A stretch of 64,000 nucleotides of DNA from Asterias rubens. Lineage: Eukaryota. How positions within the stretch are numbered: position 1 is the first letter of the stretch; each line of letters starts with the position of its first letter. The notes under the pieces were generated by a model that searched no databases, was not told the origin of the DNA, and saw only the letters and a list, made by a program, of their open reading frames with translations. Location of the stretch: the NCBI RefSeq assembly GCF_902459465.1, contig NC_047067.1, positions 16,430,001 through 16,494,000 on the forward strand. Reading direction: 5' to 3'. A program made the translations under genes and the position numbers. Below are positions 36,343-50,153 of this stretch, piece by piece.

Positions 36343-37754
36343 ATTTAATTGCACGATCCAATTTTATCGTTTGAAAGAATGTTTTTCTTTGAACGAATTT
36401 AGATAGATGATGACGTAAACAAAACATGACCATACATAACGAACATACCGAGTATACAAAACAAGCAAAACAAAAAATTCTGTGAGATGGCAGGAGATGG
36501 TGTCTACATCCTAGTCCTAACATAGCTGATGTTAAGTTCCTAATTAACTAACCATTAAATTAGTATTTCTGTTAAACCTTAAATGATGAAAGGTTATAGA
36601 TTTCTAGAATCTATCAAAAACGCTGCTTAAAAATTTCAATCTATTTTCATTTTAATCACATTGGCAAAAAACGGATCTAGCATCTTTCGAATAATGAGTT
36701 TACCCAACAACATTCACAAAAGCTTGTGGTTTTTATGAGTCTGGGGTTTCCCCTTATATTCGACCCAAGAGTTTTGTTACGTCTTTGAAAATGTAATTTT
36801 ACCAAGCCAACAAAAACAGCAACCTATAGAAATGTGACGGCAGCGCCATTGATAAAAGCCCGCCCAGTCACAACAACTTTCGGCAACTTTTCCTCTTATC
36901 ATACTGCCGTGAATGGAGCGTTATTTGCTGTCATTTCTTGGCCAATAAATGAGCCACTTTCCTGTGAATGGAGACTTCATTGGTCGCTCTCTGTGGATCT
37001 GACTTTCCGAAAATATAGGAGTTGGGCACCGTGGAAAGTCTCTTGAACCATGCGTGAGCCGACTATAGCAACAGTGTTGCCAGGTGATATCGGGGAGGGG
37101 GGGGGGTGACTGGCGCATAGGCATATAATGATTACTTGGAGCTAGGAGTGGTCGTGGTGGCTGTTTTGTATACATATTCGATTAATTAAATCAGATCATT
37201 TTCAAATATGGATTCTATAGTTCCTCTGCCCTTTGCTATGTATTTGTACTTGTCGCTTATATTAATATAAAGTAGCGATCCAGAAAAAACACTTTGTTTA
37301 TAACGACTGAATTAATGTTTACATCCACATGCAAAGAAATTTGAGTAACCTATAGTTGTGGTTATTTTCTTCTGAACTTATTGCATTTCCCTTGGTGGCA
37401 AGTTTCCCTTGATCTACCATATGTACATGTATATCATTTAAAGATGTTTTCACACCTCTGTTGTGGTGGTTTAGCTCATCTCTATAGCCTTTTCAAAGTA
37501 GCCAACAATAACTGACCCATGCCTTACTAAACACCTTCTAATTGTGCATTGTCTGTGATGCACTTGCTTGGTCTGGTCAGAAATGTTTTGTTAATGGTTG
37601 GCAGCAACAATATATGTTTGTTGCCATGTCGCTCCCACTGTTTTCAATGTGCCATTGAGAACAACTATGATTACTTTATACAACAACACAGAAGATACTG
37701 AAGCTTTAGTCCAGAAGCGTTTAGCTCCCAATTTTTTTTTTTAAATTACATCGG

Positions 37755-39935
37755 TTAAAACATTTTGATGACAATACTCGAAAGTCTCTGATCGGAATGA
37801 TTATTAAAAAGACGGAGTACAGACGTTTTTTTTTCCATTTGATAAAACTATTGTCCAACTGCAAATGTCCCACAACGACAATTATTATTAAAAAAGACGG
37901 GAGTTCGGACATTCTATATAAGACATTTTGGTAACAATACTCGAAAGTCTCAGACCGGGATTATTATTTAAAAGACAATGTACGGACGTTCTTTTTCTTA
38001 ACAAAACTATTGTCCAACTGCAAATGTCCCACAACGACAATTATTATTAAAAAGGCAGGAGTTCCTACAATGTATATTTTTGTTTAACAATACTCGAAAG
38101 TCTCAGAACGTGATTATTATTTAAAAGACGGAGAATGGACCTTTTTTAAAACTTTACCAAAATATTGTCCACTTGCAAACCCTCATCGACAACTATTATT
38201 AAAAAGACGAGAGTTTGATCATTCTCTACATAAAACATTTCGTTAACAATACTCGAAAGTCTCAGAACGGGATTATTATTTAAAAGACGGGATTTTTACC
38301 TGGTATTTAAAAGACGGAGTTATTACCTGGTATTTAAAAGACGGAGTAGGGACATACTTGGGAAACATTTTACCAAAATATTGTTCAACTGCAAATCTCA
38401 CAACGCCCATTTATTATTATTCAAAAAGATGGGAGTTCGGACATTCTATATAATACATTTTGTTGACAAATCGAAAGTCTCAGAACGGTATTTTTATTAA
38501 AAAGACAGAGTACAGACGTTCTCCCCCCCCCCATGTTACCAAAACAAATTCGACGTTCTCTAAAAAATATAAAACATTTTGTAAACAATACTCGAAAGGG
38601 GATTTTTATTTAAAAGACGGACGAGTATGGACATTCTTAAAATTTAAACCAAAAATTGCAGATGTCCCACAACGACAACTATGATTAAGAAAGACAGGAG
38701 TTTGAACGTTCCGGACGTTCTTTTTTTCCGTTTAACAAAATTATTGTCCAACTGCAAATGTCCCACAAAAAAATAACGAAAGTTATCATTAAAAAGACAT
38801 TATTAAAAGATGGAAGTTCGCACATTTTCTATTATAAAACATTTTGATAAGGATACTAAAAAGTCTCTGAACGGGATTATTTTTTAAAAGACGGAGTTAT
38901 TATTAAATGACGGAGTACAGACATTATTTTTTCCATATTCAAAAAATTATTGTGCAAATGTCCCACAATGACAATTATTATTATTAAGACGGGAGTTCGG
39001 ACATTTCCTATATAAAAAAACATTTTGTTAACAATACCCGAAAGTCTCTGAACAGGATTATTATTTAAAAGATGGAGTACAGACGTTCTGGCCACTAGTT
39101 AAATAAAAGACGGGGTAGGCCTATCCGGACGTTCTTTTTTCCGTTTAAAAAATAATTGTCCAAGTTGCACATGTCCCGACGACAACTATTATTAAAAAGG
39201 TGAGAGTTCGGACACTTTCTATATAAAACATTTTGTTAACAATACTCAAAAGTCTCAGAACGGGATTATTATTTTAAAGACGGGGTACGGACATCCTTAC
39301 AATTAAAATGAAAGTATTTTCCAACTGCAAATGTCCCACAACGCCCAAGTATTTTTTTTAAAGATAGGATTTCCGACATTCTCTATTTAAAACATGAGCA
39401 AAGTACATTTATACTCCAACGGTCTCCAAGTCTCTGACCCTAACAGTCTCTGAACGGGATCATCATGTAAAAGACAGTATATGGGCGTGTATCACAACTT
39501 ATATATAAAATAACAAACTTGTAAAAATTTAGGCTCAATCGGTCATCGGAGTCGGGAGAAAGTAACAGGAAAACCCACCCTTGTTTCCGCAGGTTTGGCC
39601 GTGTCATGACATGTGTTTAAAATAAATCCGTAATTCTCGCTATAGAGAATTGATAATTGTTGTAATGTTTTCTCAAGCATTTCACGGAATAGTATTTCAA
39701 AAGTAGTCTTTCACCATTACCTTCTGGTAAGTTATTTGTAAATCTGTGAACTTTATTTTTTTTGGTTCCGAAAGTGTATAATGGCTTTTTAAACAAAATT
39801 TTTGTCCAACTGCAAAAGTCCCTCAACGACAACTATTATTAACAATAAGATGGACAAAAGTTCGGACATTCTCTGCATGAAACATTTTGTTAACAATACT
39901 CCAAAGTCTGAAGACGGGATAATTATTAAAAAGAT
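37755..39935. repeat. Degenerate ~160-bp tandem satellite, interrupted by a MITE fragment
   Basis: caatactcgaaagtctc at 37772, 37935, 38088, 38247 and onward; recurring ttgtccaactgcaaatgtcccacaac. Confidence 0.85.
39484..39786 (+). mobile_element. 5'-truncated copy of the 20506-family Kolobok-like MITE
   Basis: Collinear with 20555-20857; ends CCGAAAGTGTATAATGGCT. Confidence 0.8.
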
Positions 39936-40324
39936 GGATAAGATGGCCATACTGCTGGAACCGTCGCCAGACCACAAAGGATTTTCTGACAGTGCTTTGT
40001 GTGATCGGCACAAGTCAGTTGTGCTTTGTGTGGTCGGCAGAAGACTTTATGGACCATGTTTACACAGTAACTACACTCAGATCCGTCTGCAAACGGGCAC
40101 CGCTGAAGAATTCTCTTCAGGTCATTATTTACGCATGAATGCTCCTCAATAGCCCTCGTTCAACATGGTAAATGGGTACTCCCCCAACCCGCTCGCTCCC
40201 ACTCATAATCACACGTTATCGCTCGAACCCGCTCGAACTCGCTTGTAATCGCTCGTTATTGTAACGAGTGACTCACGGGTACCCGTTCCCCATTTTGATA
40301 ACTTCCTTTAATCATAACTGTACA

Positions 40325-40690
40325 TGTACGTTATGATGGCGTCATCCATTCTTGATTTATGAAAATTTCAAAGTTTATGTCACAACTTTTGATCCACATG
40401 ATGGATTCTTACAATCGATACACCATCGGAAAGGTCGTTAAAAACTCAGTAAACACCTCGCAGACATGACCTCATTTTGACCTTGTGTTCTGGTTCAAAT
40501 CAGATTTTTTGTATATTTCCGTCAAAAATATACTTTTTGTTTTGACTCCGACCATATTACGTTGATTACTATGGTTCTCGTCTGATCACTGAAGTTTAGC
40601 AACATCGGGCCAGGTCAGTACTAGGATGGGAGACCACTTGGCAACTAAATTCTTTTTTTTTTCCCTTCCTTTTTTTTTCCTTTTTTTCCT
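40325..40690 (+). mobile_element. Partial second copy of the 5S-carrying HINE
   Basis: Collinear with ~13335-13715, including ~220 bp of non-5S upstream sequence. Confidence 0.8.
40544..40641 (+). pseudogene. 5S rRNA-derived segment, second copy
   Basis: GACTCCGACCATATTACGTTGA..TGAAGTTTAGCAACATCGGGCCAGGTCAGTACTAGGATGGGAGACC; same truncation point as 13562-13660. Confidence 0.88.
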
Positions 40691-41889
40691 TTCTATAAAT
40701 AGCTTCACTCACTATTATGTGAAACACCATACGCGTGGCCCATTATGTGAAACACCATTAGGAGTACGCCGATTCGGCACAATGGACGAGTTGACTTTTC
40801 TATTTTACTTGCAGCGGTCGAGTTGGACAACGAGTTCGTACACTGATCGAGTTGGTAGCGGTGGTCGAGTTGACTAATGACTAACTTTCCAACCACAATA
40901 AACATGTCAAATGCGAGTGTGATTTTCCATGGAGGTAGCGACCGCAGATTAAGGCGAGTCTCACACTTTTACGCACCGCAACCATTTTCTCACGCTTTGG
41001 GCCAGACAGGGTAACAAAATAATAATGCACAATCTTCAGATTGAATGCAGTTTATCAGAATTATCAACTTGGGCTGGCATGCAAACAGAGCGCGAATTTG
41101 CAGATTGCGCACGCTTTGGTTCTCTCACCAAATTCAGCTGACAATTTATTCGGCAATTATTCGGCAGAGCGCAAAACGCGAATTGCGCCACCAGTTTGTC
41201 CCAATCCGTTTAGCAAGTTTGTTAAATGCGCCTCACATGCGTACTCAACACAACAGGTAGAAGTCATGAGCGGAGGATTTTGCACATCGTTTTAGCCGGA
41301 AATTAATTTTCTTGGGGAATTAATCTGACACAATCGTACCTCCACATTGACCAGCCACATGTCCTGTGTACCTCATTTCAGTTTGATGTATACTGGAGAG
41401 GTTTTTCATGCATTTTAAAAAACAAATTCTGCACAATTTTGGTGTTTAGCCTATTTTGTTTTCTTCCCCGGAGCAAGTTCTTTTTTCGGGCGATGATTCC
41501 GTTAATTTCGGAGTAAAACAAAATATTTTTAGGGGGTTGAAAAATCTAACGCATAGCTGGCCTCTGAACTTGGCACCGATCTTCATGGGTTTGGGTCACA
41601 ACAAAGGTTGATGAAAGTTTTAGCCCAGGGTTGAAAAACTGGGCCTGCGGTCCGGTGCGAGGCCTAAATGTGCATTATAAACATCCATGCAGGGCACACG
41701 AGTAAAAGTACTTTGTAAGTACATGCACAATGCAAACCACATGTAGTTTTATTTTTAATACTGCATTACAAATCAATGTTTTTATACTCGAAATTAGGGG
41801 TGGGTGGGTCAAAAATCTTTGGAAAAGAAATCAAAATTTTAAAACATTGAAAATTATGAATGGCCCCTTAGACCCCTTAGGCATTAAAA

Positions 41890-42381
41890 ATCAACTTTGG
41901 AAAAAAACCGTGACCTCAAGTTGACCTCTACTTCCGGGTCAACCGGAAGTGGGACCATATCTCAAGAAGCACTTGGCCGATTTTTGCACTGTTTGTAGTT
42001 ATAGACTCCTTGGGGGTTGGAGATTAATTTTGAAAAATTTGTGACCTCAAGTTAACATCTACTTCCGGGTCAACCGGATGTGGGACCATATCTCAAGAAC
42101 TATACAACAGATTTTCAAACTTTTAAAATTTGTATTACTCCTTAGGCATAAAATATTAACTTTGAAAAACTGTGAACTTAAGTTGACCTCTACTTCCGGG
42201 TCAACCGGAAGTGGCACCATATCTAAACAAAATACACAACGATTTTCAAACTTTTTTTAGTTAGACACTCCTTGGGCTTTGGAGATTAGCCTTAGGTTAC
42301 CAAGACCCCATGTTGACCTTTACATCCAAGCGAAAGAACACGGAACAGCTTTGTGTTTGTTCACAAACACTTAATGACTAA
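41890..42381 (+). mobile_element. HINE family 2, 3' half with ~130-bp internal repeats (repeated at +1917)
   Basis: ccatatct at 41955, 42086, 42217; ends GGAACAGCT, hairpin GTGTTTGT-TC-ACAAACAC, TTAATGACTA. Confidence 0.75.
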
Positions 42382-42717
42382 TTATTATTATTCTTTGTTT
42401 CCGCCTAAAACCCCTTGGCATTTGTACACGTTGTTTGTTTAAGCCTAATCTCCTAAACTATAAGGTCAAAAGAGTTAAATTATATATCAAACTGAAGCTT
42501 AGAACATAAGCTTAATTCATAATGAAAAAAATGTTAAAATTCTTAATTAACTAATTAAAGTCACCTGGAAGTGGTATTTTTTCAAAATAAAGTTTTTGTC
42601 ACTAATATATGTGTTTTGATGAGTGGAATGTGAATAAACAGTTAACTAAGGTTTTAAAAAATCAGTTCTTATGTTATTTACAAATTTAAGAGTAGACCCC
42701 GACCCGAGAGGGCGCTG

Positions 42718-42987
42718 TTTGTGACGTCAATCGAGGCGGACTTTGCCTGTAATGCGTAGTGTAAACACAATTGCAAAGTACATGTATGGACCAAGTCGTG
42801 AGTTTGTATGTTTAAAAAAAATAAATGTTTTTGTTTTATTCCGGCAATGCCGACCAGGTGTATTGCTGCTGAATGCAGAAAAACACTTTTTGAAATGTAC
42901 CAACTCATGACTTGGACGTACATGTACTTTGCACGTGTGTTTACTATATGCATTGCAGGCAAAGTCTGCCTCGATTGACGTCACAAA
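42718..42987. repeat. Fold-back repeat with ~85-bp arms (repeated at +1917)
   Basis: TTTGTGACGTCAATCGAGGCGGACTTTGCCTG / CAGGCAAAGTCTGCCTCGATTGACGTCACAAA. Confidence 0.75.
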
Positions 42988-44994
42988 AGGGGTAGGCGGA
43001 GTCAGCCCCCCAAACAACTTTATATATTTTTTAAACATATAAATCGTGACAAACAATTACTAAAAAAATGCAATACCATTCCTATGCGGACGATGTGCAA
43101 CTATTCATTGCAGTCTATCGTCATTGTCAGAGTGCATCACGGACCTACAGACGTGGATGGCTCACAACATGCTGAAACTTAACTGCAGCAAAACTCAATT
43201 CATGGTCTTCGCTAATCCCCACGCTCTTCCACAACTGGCAAACATTTCACTTTGGATCAACAACGAGATCATTGCACCTTCCACTACTGTTCGGAACCTT
43301 GGCGTGGAGTTTGACTCTGCTCTGAAAATGAACCATCACGTGTCTTCTCGCTCCACTACCGTCTACGCAATATTGGACGCATAAGGCCATTTATCGACAA
43401 TTCAACGTGCGAGAAGGCAGTTCGGGCAGTCGTCACATCAAGACTTTTTTTGGTTGAAAAATCTAACGCATAGCTGGCCTCTGAACTTGGCACCGATCTT
43501 CATGGGTTTGGGTCACAACAAAGGTTGATGAAAGTTTTAGCCCAGGGTTGAAAAACTGGGCCTGCGGTCCGGTGCGAGGCCTAAATGTGCATTATAAACA
43601 TCCATGCAGGGCACACGAGTAAAAGTACTATGTAAGTACATGCACAATGCAAACCACATGTAGTTTTATTTTTAATACTGCATTACAAATCAATGTTTTT
43701 ATACTCGAAATTAGGGGTGGGTGGGTCAAAAATCTTTGGAAAAGAAATCAAAATTTTAAAACATTGAAAATTATGAATGGCCCCTTAGACCCCTTAGGCA
43801 TTAAAAATCAACTTTGGAAAAAAACCGTGACCTCAAGTTGACCTCTACTTCCGGGTCAACCGGAAGTGGGACCATATCTCAAGAAGCACTTGGCCGATTT
43901 TTGCACTGTTTGTAGTTATAGACTCCTTGGGGGTTGGAGATTAATTTTGAAAAATTTGTGACCTCAAGTTAACATCTACTTCCGGGTCAACCGGATGTGG
44001 GACCATATCTCAAGAACTATACAACAGATTTTCAAACTTTTAAAATTTGTATTACTCCTTAGGCATAAAATATTAACTTTGAAAAACTGTGAACTTAAGT
44101 TGACCTCTACTTCCGGGTCAACCGGAAGTGGCACCATATCTAAACAAAATACACAACGATTTTCAAACTTTTTTTAGTTAGACACTCCTTGGGCTTTGGA
44201 GATTAGCCTTAGGTTACCAAGACCCCATGTTGACCTTTACATCCAAGCGAAAGAACACGGAACAGCTTTGTGTTTGTTCACAAACACTTAATGACTAATT
44301 ATTATTATTCTTTGTTTCCGCCTAAAACCCCTTGGCATTTGTACACGTTGTTTGTTTAAGCCTAATCTCCTAAACTATAAGGTCAAAAGAGTTAAATTAT
44401 ATATCAAACTGAAGCTTAGAACATAAGCTTAATTCATAATGAAAAAAATGTTAAAATTCTTAATTAACTAATTAAAGTCACCTGGAAGTGGTATTTTTTC
44501 AAAATAAAGTTTTTGTCACTAATATATGTGTTTTGATGAGTGGAATGTGAATAAACAGTTAACTAAGGTTTTAAAAAATCAGTTCTTATGTTATTTACAA
44601 ATTTAAGAGTAGACCCCGACCCGAGAGGGCGCTGTTTGTGACGTCAATCGAGGCGGACTTTGCCTGTAATGCGTAGTGTAAACACAATTGCAAAGTACAT
44701 GTATGGACCAAGTCGTGAGTTTGTATGTTTAAAAAAAATAAATGTTTTTGTTTTATTCCGGCAATGCCGACCAGGTGTATTGCTGCTGAATGCAGAAAAA
44801 CACTTTTTGAAATGTACCAACTCATGACTTGGACGTACATGTACTTTGCACGTGTGTTTACTATATGCATTGCAGGCAAAGTCTGCCTCGATTGACGTCA
44901 CAAAAGGGGTAGGCGGAGTCAGCCCCCCAAACAACTTTATATATTTTTTAAACATATAAATCGTGACAAACAATTACTAAAAAAATGCAATACC

Positions 44995-45933
44995 ATTCCT
45001 ATGCGGACGATGTGCAACTATTCATTGCAGTCTATCGTCATTGTCAGAGTGCATCACGGACCTACAGACGTGGATGGCTCACAACATGCTGAAACTTAAC
45101 TGCAGCAAAACTCAATTCATGGTCTTCGCTAATCCCCACGCTCTTCCACAACTGGCAAACATTTCACTTTGGATCAACAACGAGATCATTGCACCTTCCA
45201 CTACTGTTCGGAACCTTGGCGTGGAGTTTGACTCTGCTCTGAAAATGAACCATCACGTGTCTTCTCGCTCCACTACCGTCTACGCAATATTGGACGCATA
45301 AGGCCATTTATCGACAATTCAACGTGCGAGAAGGCAGTTCGGGCAGTCGTCACATCAAGACTTGACTATTCTAACTCATTGCTACATGGGATCGCATCAT
45401 CTGACACCAAACGTCTTCAGCACGTCCAAAACCGGGCTGCCAAACTGATTTTTAAGTGTCGTAAATACGACCACATCACACCACTTCTCTATCAACTTCA
45501 CTGGCTCCCAGTCCATCAACGTATTGTTTTCAAGATTCTCACCATTGTATAGAAATGTCTTCACCATACCGCTCCTTCATATCTCACCAGTCTCATCAAG
45601 ATTTACCAACCTGGAAGACCTGGCCTTCGCTCTGGTTCAGACAGTACACTCTTGGCAGTTCCAAAGGTGCATTCCGCTGCTGGGGATCGTGCTTTTTACG
45701 CACATGCTCCGCGCCTTTGGAACCGTCTCCCTCATCAAATTCGTTCCGCGGAGTCACTCGCAGTTTTCAAGAAACATCTCAAAACTTTCCTGTTTAATGA
45801 CTGATTGCTTTGGCTGTTTTCCCATTATCAGTGCCATTATTTATTAATTTGGTAATTGTTTAGTTTCTTGTAAAGCGCTGTGGTACCTCGTGTAAGAGCG
45901 CTTTATAAATGTCTTTTATTATTATTATTATTA
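44995..45933 (+). mobile_element. L2-clade LINE 3' portion (its 5' part duplicated at 43078-43446)
   Basis: YADDVQL..LSECITDLQTWMAHNMLKLNCSKT..VRNLGVEFD..SRLDYSNSLL..QNRAAKLI..HITPLL..LHWLPV..FKKHLKTFLF; (ATT)n tail. Confidence 0.92.
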
Positions 45934-47596
45934 TATCCCTATGAGAAACGCCTTCCCTCACCCCTCCTTACCTTCTCACCTATCCTTCCCCACTCATCTT
46001 TGCCAGTAGTCTACCCAACCCTCTTTGACAATGATTAAATCTCCTTTAAAAAACCCAGAGAAAGAGTAGAAATTTGGGAGGGGGGGGGTAGTTGTAGTGT
46101 GTATGAGTGGTTTCACCTATTGGTCTTTCCCACGTATCCGCAGCACAACATTGCACAACACTGGCTTAGATTATTTGTGTCAAATGTCAAGAAACGGACT
46201 GGCTTGCAGGGCATTTGTGTTTAAATTTGTGTTTTTAAACACGACTTTTCTTGTTTTTATTTATACAACCTATTGTTTTGTGTTATTGTTATGTTTTGGT
46301 TTTTTTTTCCCCTGGTCTTCTTCTTTCTCCCTGAACATTCTCCACCAATTTTGAACAAAAGTAAAGCTTGTACAAACATAAAACTTATTACACGTACATG
46401 TGTTTACATAGGCAATAGCGAGTAGCTGAAACCGCCATTTCTTTTGGAATGATGAACATGAGTATCATACATGTACATTAAATAAACCAAATAAACAGTT
46501 AGCAAATTCATATCTTGAGAACCACAAATGCTACAAACAAGAACTTTGCAGCATATGAAAGCGCTAGATATGTTTAAAGGCACTCAACACCTTTGGTAAT
46601 AGACCCTTCCCATGAAATATGTAAATTGCACTAACGTTTTGGTTGGCAAAATGAGGGAAAATCCTGCTGTTTTGTACATATGGCTAATGGGTGCGTGACG
46701 CACACACACACATTTCAAGACCCCGCTGATGTCTCGAATCAATTATTTTAAAGAGAATTTACTTCTTTCTCAAAGCGGTTTCTCACACTGTTTTATACTA
46801 TCATCAATTTTTAGATGCTCTGTGGTTCAATCTTAGGCCAACAAGAGGCATAAAGATCGTAATAGAACATAAACCCTGTAAAATGTGACCAGCAGTAGAA
46901 CCTTTTGGGTTAACAGCATCTTCAGGTGCGGATCTATGACACCAATTTCAGGGGGTTAATCTGTCAAAGAATGAGCATGCGAGTTAGAAGCCTTTACGGC
47001 GTGGGTACATATTCCCGCTTAAGGGCCTGAGAAAATTTTGCATTCTAGATGCTCTGTGGTGCAATCTTAGGCCATTTAGAGGTCTAATGACGAAAGAAAC
47101 AGAAAAATAAGCCTGCAAATTTTGAGTAGTAAAATTTGGGCCCTTTTCGATTTTGGAAATACTTGCACTTTCAGTAAAACAAAATGAAAAAAGGGTATGT
47201 GTAGTTGATTGTTTGCAATGTTTCTACCTAGGGTTTATAGAAAAAGAAAAACAATCTCAGAATTGTCTCAGTTGAATATGTTGTCAAAGGGATCAGAGTT
47301 AATAACAGCCTTAGGTGCAGCGTTACCTGGGTGAAACATGACCAATATCGCTTGAACTAGCAATAGAGGCCTCAGAACAACAATGAAGTGAACATACAGT
47401 AACTACAAGAGAACTAAAATGTATGGAGATGACATGCACACATACGTGCCCTTATAAGACTTAGAGTTAACAAAAAATGGGGGATCATTCCCCCTCCCCC
47501 TTGAATTGATTGAAATGACAGGACACAGTGCATAACTTGAGCCCCATGATAAAGGTGGTCAAAGACATGGGGGATAAGTCTATTTCATCCTTTTAA

Positions 47597-47830
47597 AGCC
47601 ATTATACACTTTCGGAACAGAAAAAAAAAAAAAAGTTCACAGATTTACAAATAACTTACAGGGTTTACAGAAGGTCATGGTGAAAGACTTCTCTTGAAAT
47701 ATTATTCCATGAAATGCTTTACCTTTTGAGAAAACATTAAAACAATTATCAATTCTCGTTGTCGACAATTACAGATTTATTTTCACCACATGTCATGGGT
47801 TTTCCCGTTATTTTCTCCTGACTCCGATGT
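47597..47830 (-). mobile_element. Partial inverted copy of the 20506-family Kolobok-like MITE
   Basis: TTAA|AGCCATTATACACTTTCGG followed by the reverse complement of 20600-20857. Confidence 0.8.
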
Positions 47831-48742
47831 CATGTAAAACAATGTCATGAAAATAATTTTTGTCTCAGTGATCATGAGACTAAAATTATTTTAGCATGTA
47901 AAAACGTATTTTCATTACATTCTTTTACTCATTTCTAAATAACTAATGTACAGCACCTCAGCAAGTAGTATTCTTAGGGAAGCTTTCTACTATCATTATC
48001 TTCAAACGGTGTAAGTTTAATGCAATTATGTGGACATTGTGTTGTGTATTACAAAAAGTACCCAAATCCTTTAAATTTGTTTTTTAATATCTGTTAGTTG
48101 ACCCCTTTGACATAGTTCCTGTCAAAACTGGCAGTCGAAGTTTCAGATTTCTTGGTTTTGGGTGATCTTGTCTGACCCCTCTTCCTGTCAAGACTGGAAG
48201 GTTCACTAAAATCTTACATACGTGTACATCGTATTTCAGGTTCCTATGTTGAAATTTAAGCGTTTATTTGCTTCAACATTCTTTTATATCATTAACTTTT
48301 ATTTACCATAATTATTTTGAAATTTCAAAGACATCATTACTTACTGTAAATGAAAACATATTTTTGTCAAGAGAAACTTTCAATGCCTAGTATAATTTCA
48401 TTATTTTAGGCATGTGTGTATCAAATTCAAAGATGACATATTCCCCTTTTCCGTAGCGCTTTAGTTGTTTTGCCTGTTAATGCTTGTCATTGTTTAACGC
48501 CTTTGGCCTAGTTTAAGACCATAAATGTACCCCACAATCCTTTGCTTTAGACAACAATTGTTTTAATTTTTTTTACTCATATCTCAAAAACTACAGCACC
48601 TCAGCAAGTCACCGTAATCTTCAAACCGTATAAGTTTAGTGTAAATCTGTGTACATTATGTTTTGTGTCCTACAAAAAGTACCCAAACCCTTGAAGGCAT
48701 ACATGTATAAGGCAGCTTGCATATTGTTATTTTTATCAACAG

Positions 48743-48830
48743 TATCACAACAGAAGCTTTTGACACAGACAAGATGGCTGCAGAATTCAGTATGATGTTT
48801 CCACAACATGCGTTCACTGTAGGACAGCAG
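48743..48830 (+). CDS. NSF: NSF internal coding exon (88 nt)
   Basis: ttttatcaacAG|t atc aca...gga cag cag|GTgagt; (N)[29 protein letters not shown] vs human [30 protein letters not shown]. Confidence 0.96.
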
Positions 48831-49820
48831 GTGAGTGTTCCTTTTCATGGTCATATTTTAATTTGTCTTCAAGTAGCAACAAGTTTTTAGGGTAAGTTAA
48901 TTTAGGGGCCACATCCTTTTCCAAACTGGTGGTTAACTGCTGGTTGTGGTCAGCATATTGCTGGGTACTTCTAATAATGAGCTCATTATCTACAGGTCAT
49001 CAGTGGACACCTGTCAGGCCCAGTCAGGTTGAAACAAAAGCCCCTTTCCGAGAGAGCAATTTAGCAAGTGTCCCTTGTAGAATGGTTGTAAAATTTTACA
49101 AAATCATATCTCTTGTTAAAGGACAAACATTGATGTAGTGTCCAGGGTCACCTGTAAAATCGTGTCCAACATTGCTACGTTTTGTTGGAGGTCCGGACTA
49201 GGGGAAGTTTTGCGTGCGAATCATGGTATGGTTTTCGAGTGATGTCAGAGGCCACATCATCTATACACGTGCAATTTAGGAAAATACGTACTTCTTTGTG
49301 TGTCCGACATTTCCAAACAACGTGGTGATTTCGGGCCAAGGGAATTTCCCCTACAGCTGACAGTCTGGCACCCACGGCTACACGCAGTTCATTCTGCTGA
49401 TAAAGAAGTATAGCACGCTAGTAACGATGACAGCAATAAGCACATTTGCGGGATTGGTGATAATAATAAATAATAATAACTATGGGATGGCAGCGCTGTG
49501 AGCACCGGCCGCCGGAGGCGAAGTCTAAAAGGACGACCTCTTGGGGTTGAGTTTGTACAGTCGGCATCATCTCGTAGTCTGGTGCAAATGGTACGCTCAA
49601 AGCGACGTTGCAAAATCATGTGAGGAGACTAAAAATATGACTTGCATGCTTTGTGCACGTTGTTTTTGAATCGGTGACATATAATTTTGCGTGACTTCCG
49701 AGACGAAAAGTACATCAAAATCAACATGTCTTCGACGAAAAAGCAATGTTGCATTTGCAAAACATTTGTAAGTTGTAAGTCCTCTCCAACATTCTACGTG
49801 CCTAGCCCCAACTTCAATAA

Positions 49821-49874
49821 TTAGCTGTTTCGATCCAGTCGGAACAGCTATTGTTTTCGTCGAGATTTTTATTA

Positions 49875-49906
<32 letters not shown>

Positions 49907-50153
49907 CTTTGTTTCTCCCTAAATCCCATAGTGTTTGTACACGTTTTTGCGGCAGCCTAATCTCCTAAACCATAATACGAAAGAGTGAGTTTATTATACC
50001 AAATTGAAGCTTAGAACATAAGCTTAATTCTTATCGTAAAAAAATGTTAAAATTGTTAATTAATAAGCCTTAATTAAGCTTGTGAATATTTAATTAGCAA
50101 ACCAAGTTAACACCATATCTCAAAAAGTTGACCGCTGATCCTGAAACTTTTTT
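49821..50153 (+). mobile_element. HINE family 2, 5' end
   Basis: TTAGCTGTTTCGA-tccag-TCGGAACAGCTA hairpin, (ATT)n microsatellite, then sequence shared with 42390-42560. Confidence 0.72.

Larger units (their letters stand above)
41535..45363 (+). repeat. Near-identical tandem duplication, 1917-bp offset
   Basis: 41535-43446 equals 43452-45363 with a T5 spacer; ORF pairs repeat at +1917; one substitution seen (41713 vs 43630). Confidence 0.97.
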
